Of a DNA stretch of 64,000 nucleotides, positions 13,954-28,214 are shown one piece after another. Source of the stretch: Podarcis vaucheri (taxonomy: Eukaryota); assembly GCA_965113315.1 (NCBI GenBank), contig OZ220367.1; one strand, written 5' to 3'. Both the position numbers and the translations under genes were made by a program. The first letter of the stretch is position 1. Every line of letters starts with the position of its first letter. A model generated the notes under the pieces. The model was not told the DNA's origin. It made no database searches and saw only the letters and a list, made by a program, of their open reading frames with translations.

Positions 13954-15425
13954 AACTAGCACTTTGAGAGACAAAGGGCAATAGTTAACTGGCATTTAAC
14001 TTAACAGTACAAAGCAGAAACACATGCTGATCTCTTGAAGATGCTTTCAGTCAGCCATGTAGGAACACTTTTTTGTTTTAAATGCACAGAACCTGTTAGA
14101 ATATTCAGAAAGGGAACAGAAATTGATAATTCTCCTTCACAAGACAGTATTTAGAGTTCTGACATACAGGGTTAAGTAATATATCCATGTTGTGAGGAAT
14201 TTAAATGTCTCTTTTGCAGTTATAAGTCAGTGACTGTCAACAATGGTTATTTTTATATCACTAGAAGTCCAGCAACTTGAAGATTATGTAATTCCACATC
14301 TATATTCAGCCGCTTAATATTCTAAAGGCTGATTAGCTTTAAAAATATACAAAAAAATGTATTCTATCGCAGCATTTTAAAGTATCACCCCAAATTTCTT
14401 TATTCTCATGTATCTTCTCCCTATCAGCACATGCAACAAAAAATACAAAGTTGATGGGATTGTATAACCTTCACCAAAAAAAATTTGCACCCAGAAACTG
14501 TCTACTAGTCTAATAATAGTATAGTATTTGGAATGTTTGAATTATTGAGTATTCATCTTGGAAACAGCTCCAAGGTAAGTAACTACAAATCCGTCATATA
14601 TCTAATGAGCCATTAGAAAACAAATGGAATTATAGCACTGTACTATAATAGTAGGTTATACAAAAAAAAATCCTAACAAATATTTTACAATTCTTGCTCA
14701 ACCACTATCTTTACTTTAGTGGCCTTGCCTAGACATTATGACTACTAAAGGAAACACTGTTTGGTTTGCTGATCTATTCAAACTAGGCAGCCATCATCCC
14801 ATCCTATCAAAGGCTGAGATCGGGTTCAGATACTTATCAAGCCTCATGTGATCACCTGTGGGATGTGCATGGAACTACCAATGGTTCACAACCCAACAAA
14901 GATCATGTGCAGCCACTGGTTGTATGACCTGATACCCCCATACATGAAGCCACTGAAACTGCATTGTGATAAAACTTTCTGACTCGCTACAATCATGAAA
15001 ACTGCAGTAGTCATTTGTATAAGCTTCAAGGGGAAATGGTTGTTCATACAACTGGCACCCAACATAACCCCTGCCAAGTTGTTAGCCCCCTCATAGGCCC
15101 AATGCTCCCATAGTCAAATGCACAGGTGTGGCTGAGCATGTGAACAAAGTCAAAATAGTCAACTTTTTAAAAGGTTGAAAGATCATAGCTCTACATTTCA
15201 CATATCAGGTACAAAACCAAAGTATTCCTGAAATGGAATTAATTTTTCAGTTGACTTCATATTTAAGGATTGGAAGAAGGTGTTTTAACAAGATGTAATT
15301 ATACTCTGAAGGGTTAAATCAACCCTGTCTGTGGAAGCAATAAGGAAGAATTTGACCCTCAGTTTGTTGTTATGCAAATAACTTGAGGGGGGTTTTAGCT
15401 TAAAAATACTAATAATTTCCCTTAC

Positions 15426-15519
15426 CCATTCCCAGGAGTAGCGGAGCAGCCAGGTGAATGGCTCAAGGAGGCGCTGCCTGCACATGGACTTTTCTTAGTG
15501 GACAGATCAAGTACTCCGT
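15426..15519 (-). CDS. LCOR: LCOR coding exon 6 (second CtBP motif VLDLS)
   Basis: Acceptor tctctgcag|, donor GG|gtaagg; 94 nt; encodes (D)GVLDLSTKKSPCAGSASLSHSPGCSATPGNG. Confidence 0.96.
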
Positions 15520-16209
15520 CTGCAGAGACATGAGAATTACTTGAGAATAGGAAGAAATTAATAAAACTAAACACACACAAACATACAACTTGGTAAGTTT
15601 TTATGGCTGAAACGCTGTCTCAGTTAATCTTGGGTTGCTTTGGAACTTCCTACTGAACCTCAACCAAAGTCTCTTGACACATCAGCCATTATTTTATTTT
15701 CTTTATTTTGTTTTGTTAAGGACATATTGATATTATGACTTTCATTCAATAAAATATTAATGGTAGATTAAACAGTATGAACACATTATATCTGAGAGCA
15801 TAGAATGCAAGTTAATTTCAAAACATAGTTCTCTGCATATACTTCATAATGTCTGAAAAGTGGATCAAGTTACTTCTTTTTGAGCATGTATACTTCTTGT
15901 TATCCACCATACATTCATTAAGATGTAGTCAATGTACTGATAGTTTCAAGTAAGACACAAAGGAGAACAGGAAAGAAAAAAACATCTTAACAAGCAGAAC
16001 CGAAGTTCATGTACCCATAAAAGAAAACTCAACAAGTGTTTAATTCAGGTACTACAAATAGGAGCAAGAGTGGAGAATTTATTGCCTTACAATTATTACT
16101 GCAAACAAACTGCAGCTTTCATATTAAGTATTTTCTTGGTACACTTCATTTTATTTAATATATTTATATTCCATCTTTAAATTTAGCAAAAACAATACAA
16201 TTTAATGGG

Positions 16210-16338
16210 ATAGCTTACAGGGCACTCTCCAGATGCTATAGACTACAACTTCTATTATCCCTGACCACTGGCCATGTTGGCTGGGGTAATGAAAGTTGTA
16301 CCCCACAATATCTGGAGTGCACCACTTTGGCTACCACT
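16210..16338. mobile_element. Degenerate palindromic MITE related to the 13818 element
   Basis: ctccagatg..gactacaac...ccctgaccactggcc...gttgta...atctggag, the same layout as 13818-13953. Confidence 0.6.
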
Positions 16339-18574
16339 AATCTTGCTTTTTAAAAAGTGCTGCAGTCCAGATATTCAGTCCATGAGCTATTCAGTTAGAA
16401 CAGAGATAACTAGTTCAGCAATGCTAGCCTTGCATGTTCCAAGGCAGTAAAGAAGATGCTAGAAAGTCATGTGACTGGATTTTTAAAAAGTCATGTAATA
16501 ATATATTTTGCATTTATAAGATAATTGTTAGCCATTAGTGGAAGACTAACTAGTAAGCTTGATGAAACCATTTTTTCTACACAAAGACTACTTACTGCCT
16601 ATCTCCCATGAAGCTTAAGTATAAACATTCTTAAAAGCTGCACAATTCTGGAAGGTAACAAGCTACTTGTTATTACTAACAACTTTTAAGAGGTAGTCAG
16701 TGGGAAAGAGGAAGGGTAAGTGGTGGCAAGTGTAGTTACCAGACAATTTGCCAACGTGTACATTTACAGATGCCCGCATCCTACAAGCAGGATAGATTCT
16801 CTCTTCTTTTTCTTAATAAGCTGGGTAGATTCTCAATGAATTATTGCTGTGTTTCATATAACACCTAAACTCTCAAGGGATCCAACTCCATTCCCAGCAT
16901 ATGGAGTATACAGCAACTTCTAATGCACACAGGAACTCACTTTTTAGCAACTGCAGCTCAGTGAAACAGTGTCTCCTTTTCTAGCAAAAAAGTAACAAGC
17001 TATGGTTGTACAGACCACCTTTAAGACTCTTATCCAGAACTTTATTATGAATCTAAATCTTTCTGTTCTCTCCTCCATCAAAACAGTTTTGGAACTGTTT
17101 CAAGTCTGTTTGTAACTACATTATTAGTACAGTTAAGGAGGTTTGTTAATATTTGCTGTCCATGCATTTATATGGTAAAATGTACTATTTGGCTCACAGA
17201 AATGGAAAAGTTCATAATTATTCAAAGCGATGTTATTTAAAGCAAACCTAAATTTCAAGATCATCTATACTGTTTAACAATAAAGAATATTTAGTTTTTC
17301 AACATGTATTTTTGCAATTTAAGGGGCCAGAGTAAGGTCTGAAAAAGGTCTACTTATTATTAGAGAGATGGGGCAGTACTTCGTTACACCTTGTCCAATT
17401 AAATACTTATTTGGTTCTGCGAGAAAACCAACTAGAAGACCCATGTTATACTTCCAAGGTAGAGATTCACAATCCTTTTCACTATCACTTTTCATCTGTG
17501 TCTGGTGTAGGTGAAGTTTTACACATATGAAATAACATGCAGAAGTGGAGAATAGCCAGCTATGCATGCTTACAAGGATTTGAGGCTTACAGTAGCTAAC
17601 GAAATTACGTGTGACTCAACAACATCAACCTGTGACAAAGATTAATTCTAATTTGCATTACATTAAGACTTAAGTAATAACAGTATTTGTCGGTTAGACA
17701 TTCTTTCTAGTGGGTCAAGTTTTTGGTTCAATATCTTAAGAAAGTGTTTAAAAGCTAGTGGATTCTGTATATATGTGGAACTCTCTCTGGTAAATTATAT
17801 GAGGAAATGCTACAGGAATAGGTATATGTAGCCTTGAGACCAGAAAGGCAAGTGGGCAAACAAATTATGTTTTCAAGAAATACCAGAATGGAAAGAATGA
17901 ATGGTTTTTTCAGCTTTCTATGAAAACAAAGCAGTTACAGGTTTAAAGTGGGAATTTGATGCACACTCCCTTAGGAGAAAGCACAATTGAACACAGTGGG
18001 ATTTTATTTAGTAAACATGTATCAGATTGCACTGTAGATTACCTAACTGTAATGATTTAGAAAATGGACAAGTTGCTTAAGCTGTATGTGAAAATTTCTT
18101 AAAGTCTTTAAGAAAGCTAAAAAGAAAATGCTAGACAATAATATTTTAAAGTGCTTTATTTTCTAACACATATGTATTGACTTTTCAGCAAAGTCCAAGT
18201 GGCATACAAAATAATCCAACTTTAGGGCAGACAACTGCTTTCAATAGCTTATGGATTTCTCTTGTCTCTAGAATGCATTAAAATAAACATACATTATAAT
18301 GTAAGATGAAGGGCAAAATTCTTCAGGTCCATTAAAAGTACTGTGTATATGTTCACTTCCAAGGGAAAAGAACAAAATATGCAACTGCTTCAACCTTGCA
18401 TTTGCTCTTTCAAAAGCACTTGGTCAACACCAAGGTTTTCTTTTAACATAAGCACCACAATCAGAGGTTGACAAATGCAGTTACCATATCTTAAGATGCT
18501 GGCAACCACCTGCTACCTCCAGCATAAGATGAGAAAGGTGGGGCTCATCTCTGATGATGTTCGGGACTTTGGAA

Positions 18575-18665
18575 GAATGTAAGAGCCTCCTGGATCAGGT
18601 CAATGACCCATTAAGTCAAGCATCCTGTTCTCACAGTGGCTAATCTGATGCCTGTGGGAAACCTA
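18575..18665 (-). mobile_element. Short CR1-type 3' end remnant
   Basis: taagagcctcctggatcagg...cagcatcctgttctcacagtggc-like squamate CR1 3' terminal sequence. Confidence 0.5.
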
Positions 18666-19087
18666 CACCTGGAATCAATGAGAAGTTCCTCTGCTTCCAA
18701 GTGTTCCAGAAGGTCAGGAACAAAATTCCATCTTTCTTCTAGAACACCCAAAAAGCGTTGATTTCACCTGACACTGGACGGAGCATCAGTATTTCCAAAG
18801 TCTGGTGAGGCAGTTACAGTAATTTAACTAAGGCTGAAACTTGGGGGAAAGGTGAAGTCTATTGTTTGACTTTGCCCTAGACTTCAGAATCACCTGGAAC
18901 CAGTGAGAAGTGCTAATGCTTCTGGGGCTCAGAATGACACAAGCCACAAATCTCCTTTGCATGTCAGAAGAACAGGTGGAGAACAGGGTCAGTGATAACC
19001 ACAACTGGTTCCTGGCTACCAAGGGCAGTCAAAATCTGTGGATCTTGTTTAAAGCCCTTCACCAGAAGACACACTCTTATGTGTAGG

Positions 19088-19440
19088 GTAAAGGTAAAGG
19101 GACCCCTGACCATTAGGCCCAGTCGTGACCAACTCTGGGGTTGCAGCGCTCATCACGCTTTATTGGCCAAGGGAGCCTGTGTACAGCTTACGGGTCATGT
19201 GGCCAGCATGACTAAGCCGCTTCTGGCGAACCAGAGCAGCGCACGGAAATGCCGTTTACCTTCCCGTCGGAGCAGTACCTATTATCTACTTGCACTTTGA
19301 CATGCTTTTGAACTGCTAGGTTGGCAGGAGCAGGGACCGAGCAACGGGAGCTCACCCCGTCGCGGGGATTCGAACTGTCAGCTTTCTGATCGGCAAGTCC
19401 TAGGCTCTGTGGTTTAACCCATAGCGCCACCCGCGTCCCA
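19088..19440 (-). mobile_element. Sauria SINE, full length
   Basis: (ACCTTT)n tail seen as ggtaaaggtaaaggg on plus; tRNA-derived head at the right end; 9-bp TSD ATGTGTAGG (19079-19087 and 19441-19449); highly similar to the copies at 30.9 and 35.5 kb. Confidence 0.92.
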
Positions 19441-19953
19441 ATGTGTAGGATACCACATACTTAAAAGATGTCACACACAAAGAACTAAACACACAAAGAA
19501 AGTTACAATTGACATGAAGGACTATATTTTAAGTAAATAAAACAGCCTTTACTAAGCGGCTGCTGTAAGACAATCTGAGTATTCAGCTCCAATTACAGGC
19601 ATTCTGCTTATGAGCAAATTGCCAAAATACTTGCCAAGTGTGATTACAGGCACAATTCACTACATGGAGGCTGGAAGTACACTATCAAACCCATTAATTC
19701 AGCATAAGTAAATTTCCCAGAGAGTAAGTTTCTTTTCTGGCAGACCCAGCATCCATCTGGAATATGCTTAATAAAATGAGGGCACATAGCTGTTAGCACT
19801 TTCGCACCATTTTCAGCACAGCTTTTCTCCATTCCCTTATGCACTACTAATCAATCCATGCGTCTCTTCTTTCCGTTCTATGATTTACTTAGTCATTAAT
19901 GGCCAGCAAATTGCAAATGGTTGCAAGGGGCTATGAACAGAAATGTGGCATAC

Positions 19954-20241
19954 CTTGTTCGCTAGGATCCAACTGAGACTTTCTGACAGTGAGGTCCAAG
20001 GGCGAGTCCTGGTCAGCCATGAGAAGTTTGCTGAGCACAGGATTTTGAGCCGTTGCACCCACAGGGGATGAGGCTACCAGAGATGCTTTCAGCAGGCTTT
20101 GGTTCTTTGTGCTATTGGGCGAGCTGGAGTCCTGAGTAGAGCTAGTTTTTGAGGTATATTCAGCAGCAAACTGTCGAATCATCCGCTGCATGATCTCACG
20201 GGCCACTAGGGGAATGTTGGGGTCAGAGACCCTATGACTGT
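19954..20241 (-). CDS. LCOR: LCOR coding exon 5 (contains the classical start MQRM at 20191, the NR box LSKLL and the CtBP motif PLDLT)
   Basis: Acceptor ccatttag|, donor G|gtatgc; 288 nt; translation DSHRVSDPNIPLVAREIMQRMIRQFAAEYTSK...NPVLSKLLMADQDSPLDLTVRKSQLDPSEQ closely matches human LCOR as recalled. Confidence 0.97.
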
Positions 20242-21024
20242 CTAAATGGTAAAATAAAATAAAATAAATAAGAAGGAAGTTTTATGTAGAACAAATTTTA
20301 AAGCAAGACAACTTCCGATAGTGAGGGTTGTGTGTTTTTTTAATTAAAAAAGCTACAATATTTTAACGTGCAAGTGCAAGACAATAAAAAGGCACAGATC
20401 TTACATCAGGGGCTCTCTTAATTGCATCTTCAAAATCTGAAGCAACTTACAGAATTGTGACCCATTCCCTACAGCTCCCTCTCTTAACTGCATTTAAAAG
20501 AGCCACTATGTCTGCACCAGCTCCTTAAGATCACAATGCCCAATTTTTAACACAGAGAATTTAAAAATGATATAATACATTCACAAGAATGAAATAATTT
20601 CTTCAATGCTGAAATGGGAAGAGGGAGGCAAATTAAGCATGTATTTCTTTGTACAGAGGTTTAAAGAATCACCTCCAGTATAACAGCCCTTTGCCAACAT
20701 AAGACAGAGACCCTATGTATGTCCCCAGATAGAATTCTAGGTCTACAATAATCTGCCAACCAAAATAAGCTGAGCTAAAGAGAACGAACTAATAAATTAT
20801 CAATGTGAATCTCATTTTAGTCAAAAGTCTCTAGGTAGAATTAGACACGCCATCTTAAATCCATAATTCCTCTTACCTTCCCCACAACCACATGGATATA
20901 ATATTTGCCTATTTACTGGTTCTGAGATATGTGCAGTACTTTGAACACAAACTCTGCTGTGTAAATGCTATTATTAGTAACTCCCCCAAATTCTTCTCTT
21001 CCCACCAGTCCAGCTAGGCACTAC

Positions 21025-21138
21025 CAGGGCTTTTTTTCAGCTAGAACGCACCAGAACTCAGTTCCAGGTGGGTGTGACTGCCATTATAAGAGAAAAAGAG
21101 AAGTGTTCATGGCACCTCTTTTTCTAGAAAAAAAGCAC
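21025..21138. mobile_element. Short hAT-like MITE remnant
   Basis: CAGGGCTTTTTTT...AAAAAAAGCAC inverted ends with internal ccagaactcagttcc. Confidence 0.4.
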
Positions 21139-21639
21139 ATGGCACCGCTGCATGGAGACAAAATTTAGAGCACAAACTACCCAGAGGGTGGTGAGCCTTT
21201 CGGGCCCAGTGGAACAGAACTTTATCTTCCCTCAACTCTGTGAGCCAACTTCTAACAGGTGGGTAGGATTGCCCAAATGTCAATCATTTAACATCACAAT
21301 AACACCGGCGGATTGATACATCAACACTGGGCCACAGGAGTCAGAGGACTCAGAAGATAGTTCAAAAGTCTTGTTCTTCCCTGTATGCAGCACTTCACAA
21401 ATGCCTGAAAACCAGGTAATTGTTTGGCCTCTGGGAAGTGCTTGGGAAGCATGTCGGGTGCAAGATATATTTAAAGGTGTCAACCAGTGTCCTTTTATAG
21501 ATTATTTGTACAGATAAAAAACCTTGAGATTCTATGGAAATAATACATGGCTATCTCAAAAAAAGTATTTTAAAAAGATCAGTTAGCCAAGCATGCAAGC
21601 CAGTTAGAGTATTGATTTCATTCTTTCATTATGACCAAC

Positions 21640-21772
21640 CTTTTCGATAAAAGACTGCATGGATAAATTCTTCCGCTTGCCTCTCGAACCGAATGATTTT
21701 CGCTTGCTCTTGTCTAAGCAGAGCTTGGTGCCCAACTTCCAAAGCTGGCTCATCCAGACTGACTAAGTGTTC
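21640..21772 (-). CDS. LCOR: LCOR coding exon 4
   Basis: Acceptor tttcatag|, donor G|gttggt; 133 nt; encodes EHLVSLDEPALEVGHQALLRQEQAKIIRFERQAEEFIHAVFYRK in frame. Confidence 0.9.
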
Positions 21773-24700
21773 CTATGAAAAATATTTAACACAAATGTAA
21801 AAATATAAACACCTCTTCTTTTTTATGCTGACTTTAAAAAAACTGCTCACTGTAAAGACAGTGATACAATTTGATCTGATACAATTTGGAATATATGTCA
21901 GAATTTGTCAGCCATCTCTCACTGCTTAACATTTAGGGCTGCACATTTATTAAGAAGCAGTTTCCACTAAACTCAGTGGCAGCTACATCTGAGTAAAAAT
22001 ATTCAGGATCTTAATTCATCTTAAATGATGAATGCAACTACAAAGTCACAATACAAAACAAGAAAGGCAGAACCATCTTTTCATTATTTAATAAAATTTA
22101 CCATATAAGGAAAAGTACTCAAAATTTTCACTCCAAACTGATCAAACACAGGGTTGTTCCAACCAAGGCCATGGGGGGGGGGTGGAGGAATGGCAACCTG
22201 CCTGGCTGCTGATTGCAACTCTACATTATGTGAAGGGGCAGGGGAAAATTGGTTCAAGGAAAATATGTGGGGGGATTATGTTGCCACTGCTGCTTTTACT
22301 ACTAAGTTCTGCGCCCCAGTCTTGAAAATTTTACCACTTTTTCATGCCCTCCAAAAAAACTACTTCATTTTTCTCCTCCCACCCACCTAAAAGTCCCTTT
22401 CCATCAAAATCTCTACCACACTACTCATAAACTATATTTAGGGAGAGTACATGCAAAGTAGCTAAGGAAACTGATCAACACTGAGGTCAAATCACACGCC
22501 CAGTTAGGCATGTAGGTAACCTATCCATTTTCTGTCAAAGTTGAACTTAAATCTCCAGAGTCAAGATTTTATGAAAAAATGACTGTCTGAGAACCCAGTC
22601 ATCAGCACACAATGAAATTCAGTTTGTTAATACTCTTACCCCTATTTAAGAAATTGGGAACTTTACATCTGAAATAGACCTCTTTAAAAGAAATCCCACA
22701 TCAAGCACAGCTGTCTGTAAAATCACTAATACAGGAAACAGTTACAAAGTTCCTACTTTCCATATGCAACCAGTAGATAGCACTCCTGGCCATGGTTGCC
22801 ACCTGGCCTTTCCAAGAAGAAACCTGGATTCAAAAGATATTGCCAAGCAGCAAACCAGGTTCTTTAAGAGTGTGATTACATTCAACAGGAATTTCCCCCT
22901 GTCTCCATTAAATCCCTGTTGATTAATTCTTATCCAAAATAGTCAGTAGGTATTTATGCAGGATGAGGACATCTGCTGCTGGATCCAAAATAAAGAAAAA
23001 TTGTAGTTTGATGTTATCCATACGCAACTCTTTCCAATAGTCTAACCATCTCAACCCAGTGACATTATGCAGCTGTTAAACCATACTGGCAAGTGAGTAT
23101 CTCCAAAAGGTATCACAGAAGTAGTAAAGGTGCAAAAATGATAATCAAGGTCACAGCCTTTAAAATATTGCTTTAACTATGGGAGCACATGTAAGTAGTT
23201 CCTAAAGTTCTGAATGTTATAGATGGAAATGAAAATAAATGCTCAGTAGAGTCTCTCTTGTACTATAGTGAAGAGAATGACAAGATGGGGTGCTCACCCT
23301 AGGTTTGATGTAACAAAATAAGTGGAGGGGGGAAAACACCTCTTTCCATTTGTAGGTTGTCATAAATAATTATTTCACCCCACACAATATATAAATAACA
23401 TGAAATTTCTATAAGACAAGATGGTTTCTAGTAGATATAAACCTATCAATGAGTATTAGACACAATACTTAAATGTTATGCTCATGTTCAAGAAGCAACA
23501 TACCCTTCAGAATTAAAGTCTAGAACTGAAACAACAGGAGACACCCATTATCATTCTGTTCTGTTCCTGAGCTTTCTAGTTATTATTCACCACTGTTGGA
23601 AACAGAATGCTGAGCACAACTGAATGGACAGATCCATTTTTAGGTTCTTAATCCAAAAAGTCATCAAAACATTGCCCTTCAACACACACACAATGGGAAC
23701 GAAGAAAAAGAAAGGACTTTAAAATATATGATCAGTGCCCGTTAAGAGGTTGGGTATGAGGTAAAGTGTCTAGCATGTCTTAAGAAACAATCTCCCAAGT
23801 GCTTCAGGCAACTTATACCTTTAATATCCCACATATGTCCTTGCCAGAATTATGCAAAATAAGCAGCATGGCTTAAGCTCTTCAACCTATGCATAATTTA
23901 TAAAGGCTAAATAATTTTATTTTTTCTTGGCACAATTTAGTTTACCTTGCTGCCTGTTTGATTCAATTTTTGAAACACATGAATTTTAAGACCCTACTTT
24001 ATTCTGCTCTGTCTGAAAATCCATCCTTTCCTTACAGGTAAAAATACCTTGCATAGAACAAGGTATCTAATGTTAGTATATATCAGTAAAGAACTCACGG
24101 CACTTTCAGTAACACTGGCTTCATTGAATAGGGTTGCTGCTGTCCACATATGCCAACTGAATATGGTTTATAACGGTGAAGGACAAAAATGGATCGAAAA
24201 ACAATTGTAAGGAAGGAATAAAGAAGTGGATCAATTACAGTTAGGCAGCAAATGTCTTCAAGGAATGAACCACCCTGTGTGCTGGTGTATAGCACACTGT
24301 CAAACATAGGCTAATAACACAAAACACAATATGCTCAGCAGTTCTAAAACATCAACCACCCTCAGACTAAGGCTAGGTAGGGTATTATGTAGCCCCAGCA
24401 AACCTTGGTACAAAAAAGCAACAGTGAAGGATATCTCATGTATCCAGATGACAGCGAGGGCTTACACCACTCTTGACCTATAGAACCACAATACGTAGGA
24501 TCACAAGAAAGAACTTGGCGATGCGAAACTTTAGTGAAAATGTACTGTACACAAACCCAAGGATAACAGGGTGCTGATAAAAAAGTGCTACAGAAAACAA
24601 AGAAAAATAGAACATTTGTGAGTTCTGACTTTCCGAAGGAATTCTACAGTATTTATTCATGTCATACTTTCTTCCACAAGGCAATTCAACAGTGCATAGA

Positions 24701-26499
24701 TAGGGTTGCCAAGTGCTTTCCCAATCAGGCACTGGCCAGAACCAATCCTACTTCAGCTTCAGCAAGGCTGTTGCAACATGTGCCCTCAAGCCATGCTAGG
24801 ATTTGCATTAGGATTCTGGACACAAATGCCAAACAGAAATTTCAACTCTTAAGCTGAAACACAAGATGCAACACGAAGCACCAGCACTGGTAACCAAGGG
24901 AGGGGGAGGGCAGTTTAACACCAAAGTGTATCTTAACATACACCCAGAACAGGGATGGGCCAATGATCATCACCAAGATCAAGAAATGTTTATACCCAGG
25001 TAAGCCCCCAAGAGAAGCTACTAAAGGAATGCCAAGCACAAACAACCAAGGCCTTGGATTTCAAGCACTCTGCTCACTAGCAGTGCTTGATCTAACAACT
25101 CTATACTATCCTTTCTTGCATAATAAGCACAACCAGAAAATACATGGCAGAATAATCATGACTAAAGTAAACTATGACTGCCTACTGTAAATCACTTAGA
25201 AGTCTTTTGTTGTAGTAGACTGAAAATAAATGTTAAATAAATAAAAAGTAACTTCAGTGCAATATGCTCCTCTGGAAAGATGCATACAGTCCCTAATATT
25301 AAATTTTCCAACATCTAAACCCCACCTCAATGATGGAGAATAAAAGGTGACCACAATGACAAGAGGAGCATGTATGGGTCTTTATAAAATAATCTGAAAC
25401 CAGAGTATAACACAATAAAATGAATTAAAAATCAAGCAATCAATGAACAATAAAACATACATAGTTCAATAGCTAGGATGCTTCCCTACCTGGTACTACA
25501 CAAACAGCTAAGATAGCCTGGAGAAGAAGCAATCCTTTGCACACTACTTGAAACCACCAGAAGAACTGAGGGAGCTGAAGCAGTTAATCCATTTACTTGA
25601 CACTATTGGAGGTGGTTCAAGCGCAGGCGCACCACCGCAGACTTCACACATATCATGTGTATGCAACAGTGCCCACGAAGGGATATCTGAGGCACTAACT
25701 GCCTTGCTGCAATAGCCACCAGAATGGGGTTTAACATCTTCCCAATGAGTAGTCATTCCTCATCAGCCATGATAATCTGGCAGGCCCCTCATTCCCGCCT
25801 CAACCAGAAGTGCCAACTTCTAGAATGTAGCCAAATAATTATTTTTATTTATAATCTACCAACTCATTAAAAATATGGTGGTGTGCAGTTAAATCATTAA
25901 AACACCTTAAAATCGTAGGCTCGTAAAATACAGAATGAATGGCCAACAGTGAAAATACAGGGGGAGGTGGAAAATGAACACAAAGCGAGAGATGACCTGG
26001 GGATATGAGCATTCACTGACTCATTCCATCCACAATGGTCACTGAACTGTCAACCACTCCAACTAGTTTCCCCATCCTCTGTGGGACTTCACAGTTGGGG
26101 ACACCAATAACTGCACTTGGAAACTATGTTATGGGGCAATGAACTCATGAACAAACAAAATATTGCACCCAAATTTTGTGGTCCACTTGTATAATTAGTG
26201 GAACAGGGCCAACAAGACAAAGCTCAGGAGTTGAGGTTGGGATGTTGCTCTGGCCCCACTGTCTCAAATAAATTGCCTTTCTGCTACCTCTATCCTTTAC
26301 CATCTGAAACTGTTGCCAGCAAGAAATCTATTCAGCATACTGCACCTTGTACAAAAACATTATCAGTGGCACCAGCATCATCTAAGAATGAGCTTATGCA
26401 AACCATACCCATATACTCCCAGGAACAGCCTAAATATCCTAGAGTCTCAAGTGTAATACACAGAAGCTACACCTAATATGCCATTCTACAAGGCATGGA

Positions 26500-27040
26500 T
26501 GACTAACTGGCTAGACTGCTGGTGCAGGCAAACTGCCAATGGCATGTATGAACTCTGCTAAACTATCTGCACTGGCTGTCCATTTGCTACTGGGACCAGG
26601 TTCCAGGCTCTTGTGGTAATATATAAAACCATGAACAACTCAAGTCCAGGATACCTTAAGGACCACCTGAGCCCTTATATCCAAACTCAATCATAAAGAT
26701 AATCCAGAGGAGCAATTAGTTGTTCCCTGAGTTAGAGAGGTCCAACTGGCTTCAACCAGAGGTTGGGCATTTAGTGTTGCCAGGCCCATGCTGTAGAATA
26801 TTCTTCCACCACAGATTCATGAGGTATCCACGCTACTGACTTTCGGGTGTCTCATGAAGAACTTTTTATGCTGACAGGTTTATGAATTTATTTAAACTTT
26901 CCTGATTAGCCAGTCATTTTAACAATTACTATTGGGGGGGGGTTAGTTTTCATGGCATGTTATGTTTTATTGTATATACTGTTGTACATCACCTTGATAT
27001 TTTATGAGTTGGCAGTATATAAATATTTCTATAAATAAAA
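26500..27040 (+). mobile_element. Old L2-like LINE 3' fragment
   Basis: ctgcactggctg (LHWL)...ccaggataccttaaggaccacct (PGYLKDHL); A-rich end near 27035. Confidence 0.65.
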
Positions 27041-27371
27041 ATGATAAAAGCAATGCAAAGCAACACCATTATTGCACAACATAGCCATCTGCAATGCAGA
27101 TACTTTGGTTACAATCTTAACACCCTATCACTGATCTATGACAGAATCTCTGTGAAACAGGCATCATCATTGCCTTTTGTCTAAGAGAAGGGAAGAGTAC
27201 AAAGAAGGTTCCACATATGCAATAAGGAAACTTCTGCTAAGCTTGGACACTTGTGGATCAAAATGAGCACTCCACACAGATCCCTATCCAGCTTCTTAAA
27301 AATGACATGGGACTGATCTACTTCCCTCAGTGGACTCAGGCATAACTGCACAAAGGGTCATGGAGTACAGA

Positions 27372-28090
27372 CCACAAGTACATGCATGCCATCAAAGTTT
27401 CTTAACACCTACCAAAATAGCTAAAATGTATAAGACAAAAACAAATCTGTGCTGGAGGTGTGGTAAAACAGAGGGGACACTTATACATGTGTGGTGGACC
27501 TGTGAAAAAAATCAAAAGCTTCTGGAACACAGTGTATGATAAGCGTAACAAAATGTTTAAGTATAACTTTATGAAAAATACAGAAGCTTTTCTACTAGGG
27601 ATAACGGACACAGGCATAGCAAGAGATGATCAGAAAATATTCCTTGATGCCACAGGAGCGGCAAGGATCCTAATTGCTAAAAACTGGAAAAAAGAAACTG
27701 TGCCAACAAAAAAGGAATGGCAAGATAAACTTAGAGTATATTGAACTGGCGAGATTAACAGAGGCAATTATAGATCACACTAGACAAATTTCAAAAAGCA
27801 TGGGGGGGAATGCATAGAATACTTCACAAAACAGTGCCCTAAAATACATACCTGGACTTGTTTCGATTAATGTCAGCAGGAGACTTTGTGGATATTTAAG
27901 TTATAATTAGAAAAATCTTAATAATTATTCATAAAGGACACAATTTATAAGAAGTAAATAAGGAGGCCAGATACAGGATAAAGAAAGTCTTTTATTTGGT
28001 TGTTTGTATTGTTGTATGTTATGTTCACTGTGGAGTGGGGGTGGGGGGGTTGTGTTATGTTGTAAATAAAATTTCAATTAAAAAAAACAA
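27372..28090 (+). mobile_element. L1-clade LINE 3' fragment
   Basis: LTPTKIAKMY...CWRCGKTEGTLIHVWWTC zinc knuckle; LLGI...AARILIAKNWKK...PT..EW; AATAAA and poly(A) at ~28065-28087. Confidence 0.85.
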
Positions 28091-28214
28091 AGTTTCCCCA
28101 TAAAATATGTAAAAGGAATATAGATAATAAAAAGGAATTAAGGCCAAATAGAATTTTTTGAGAGTGTTGATATTTTGTATCTGACAAAGAGAAAGAATGA
28201 TACCTTGATGTTAG

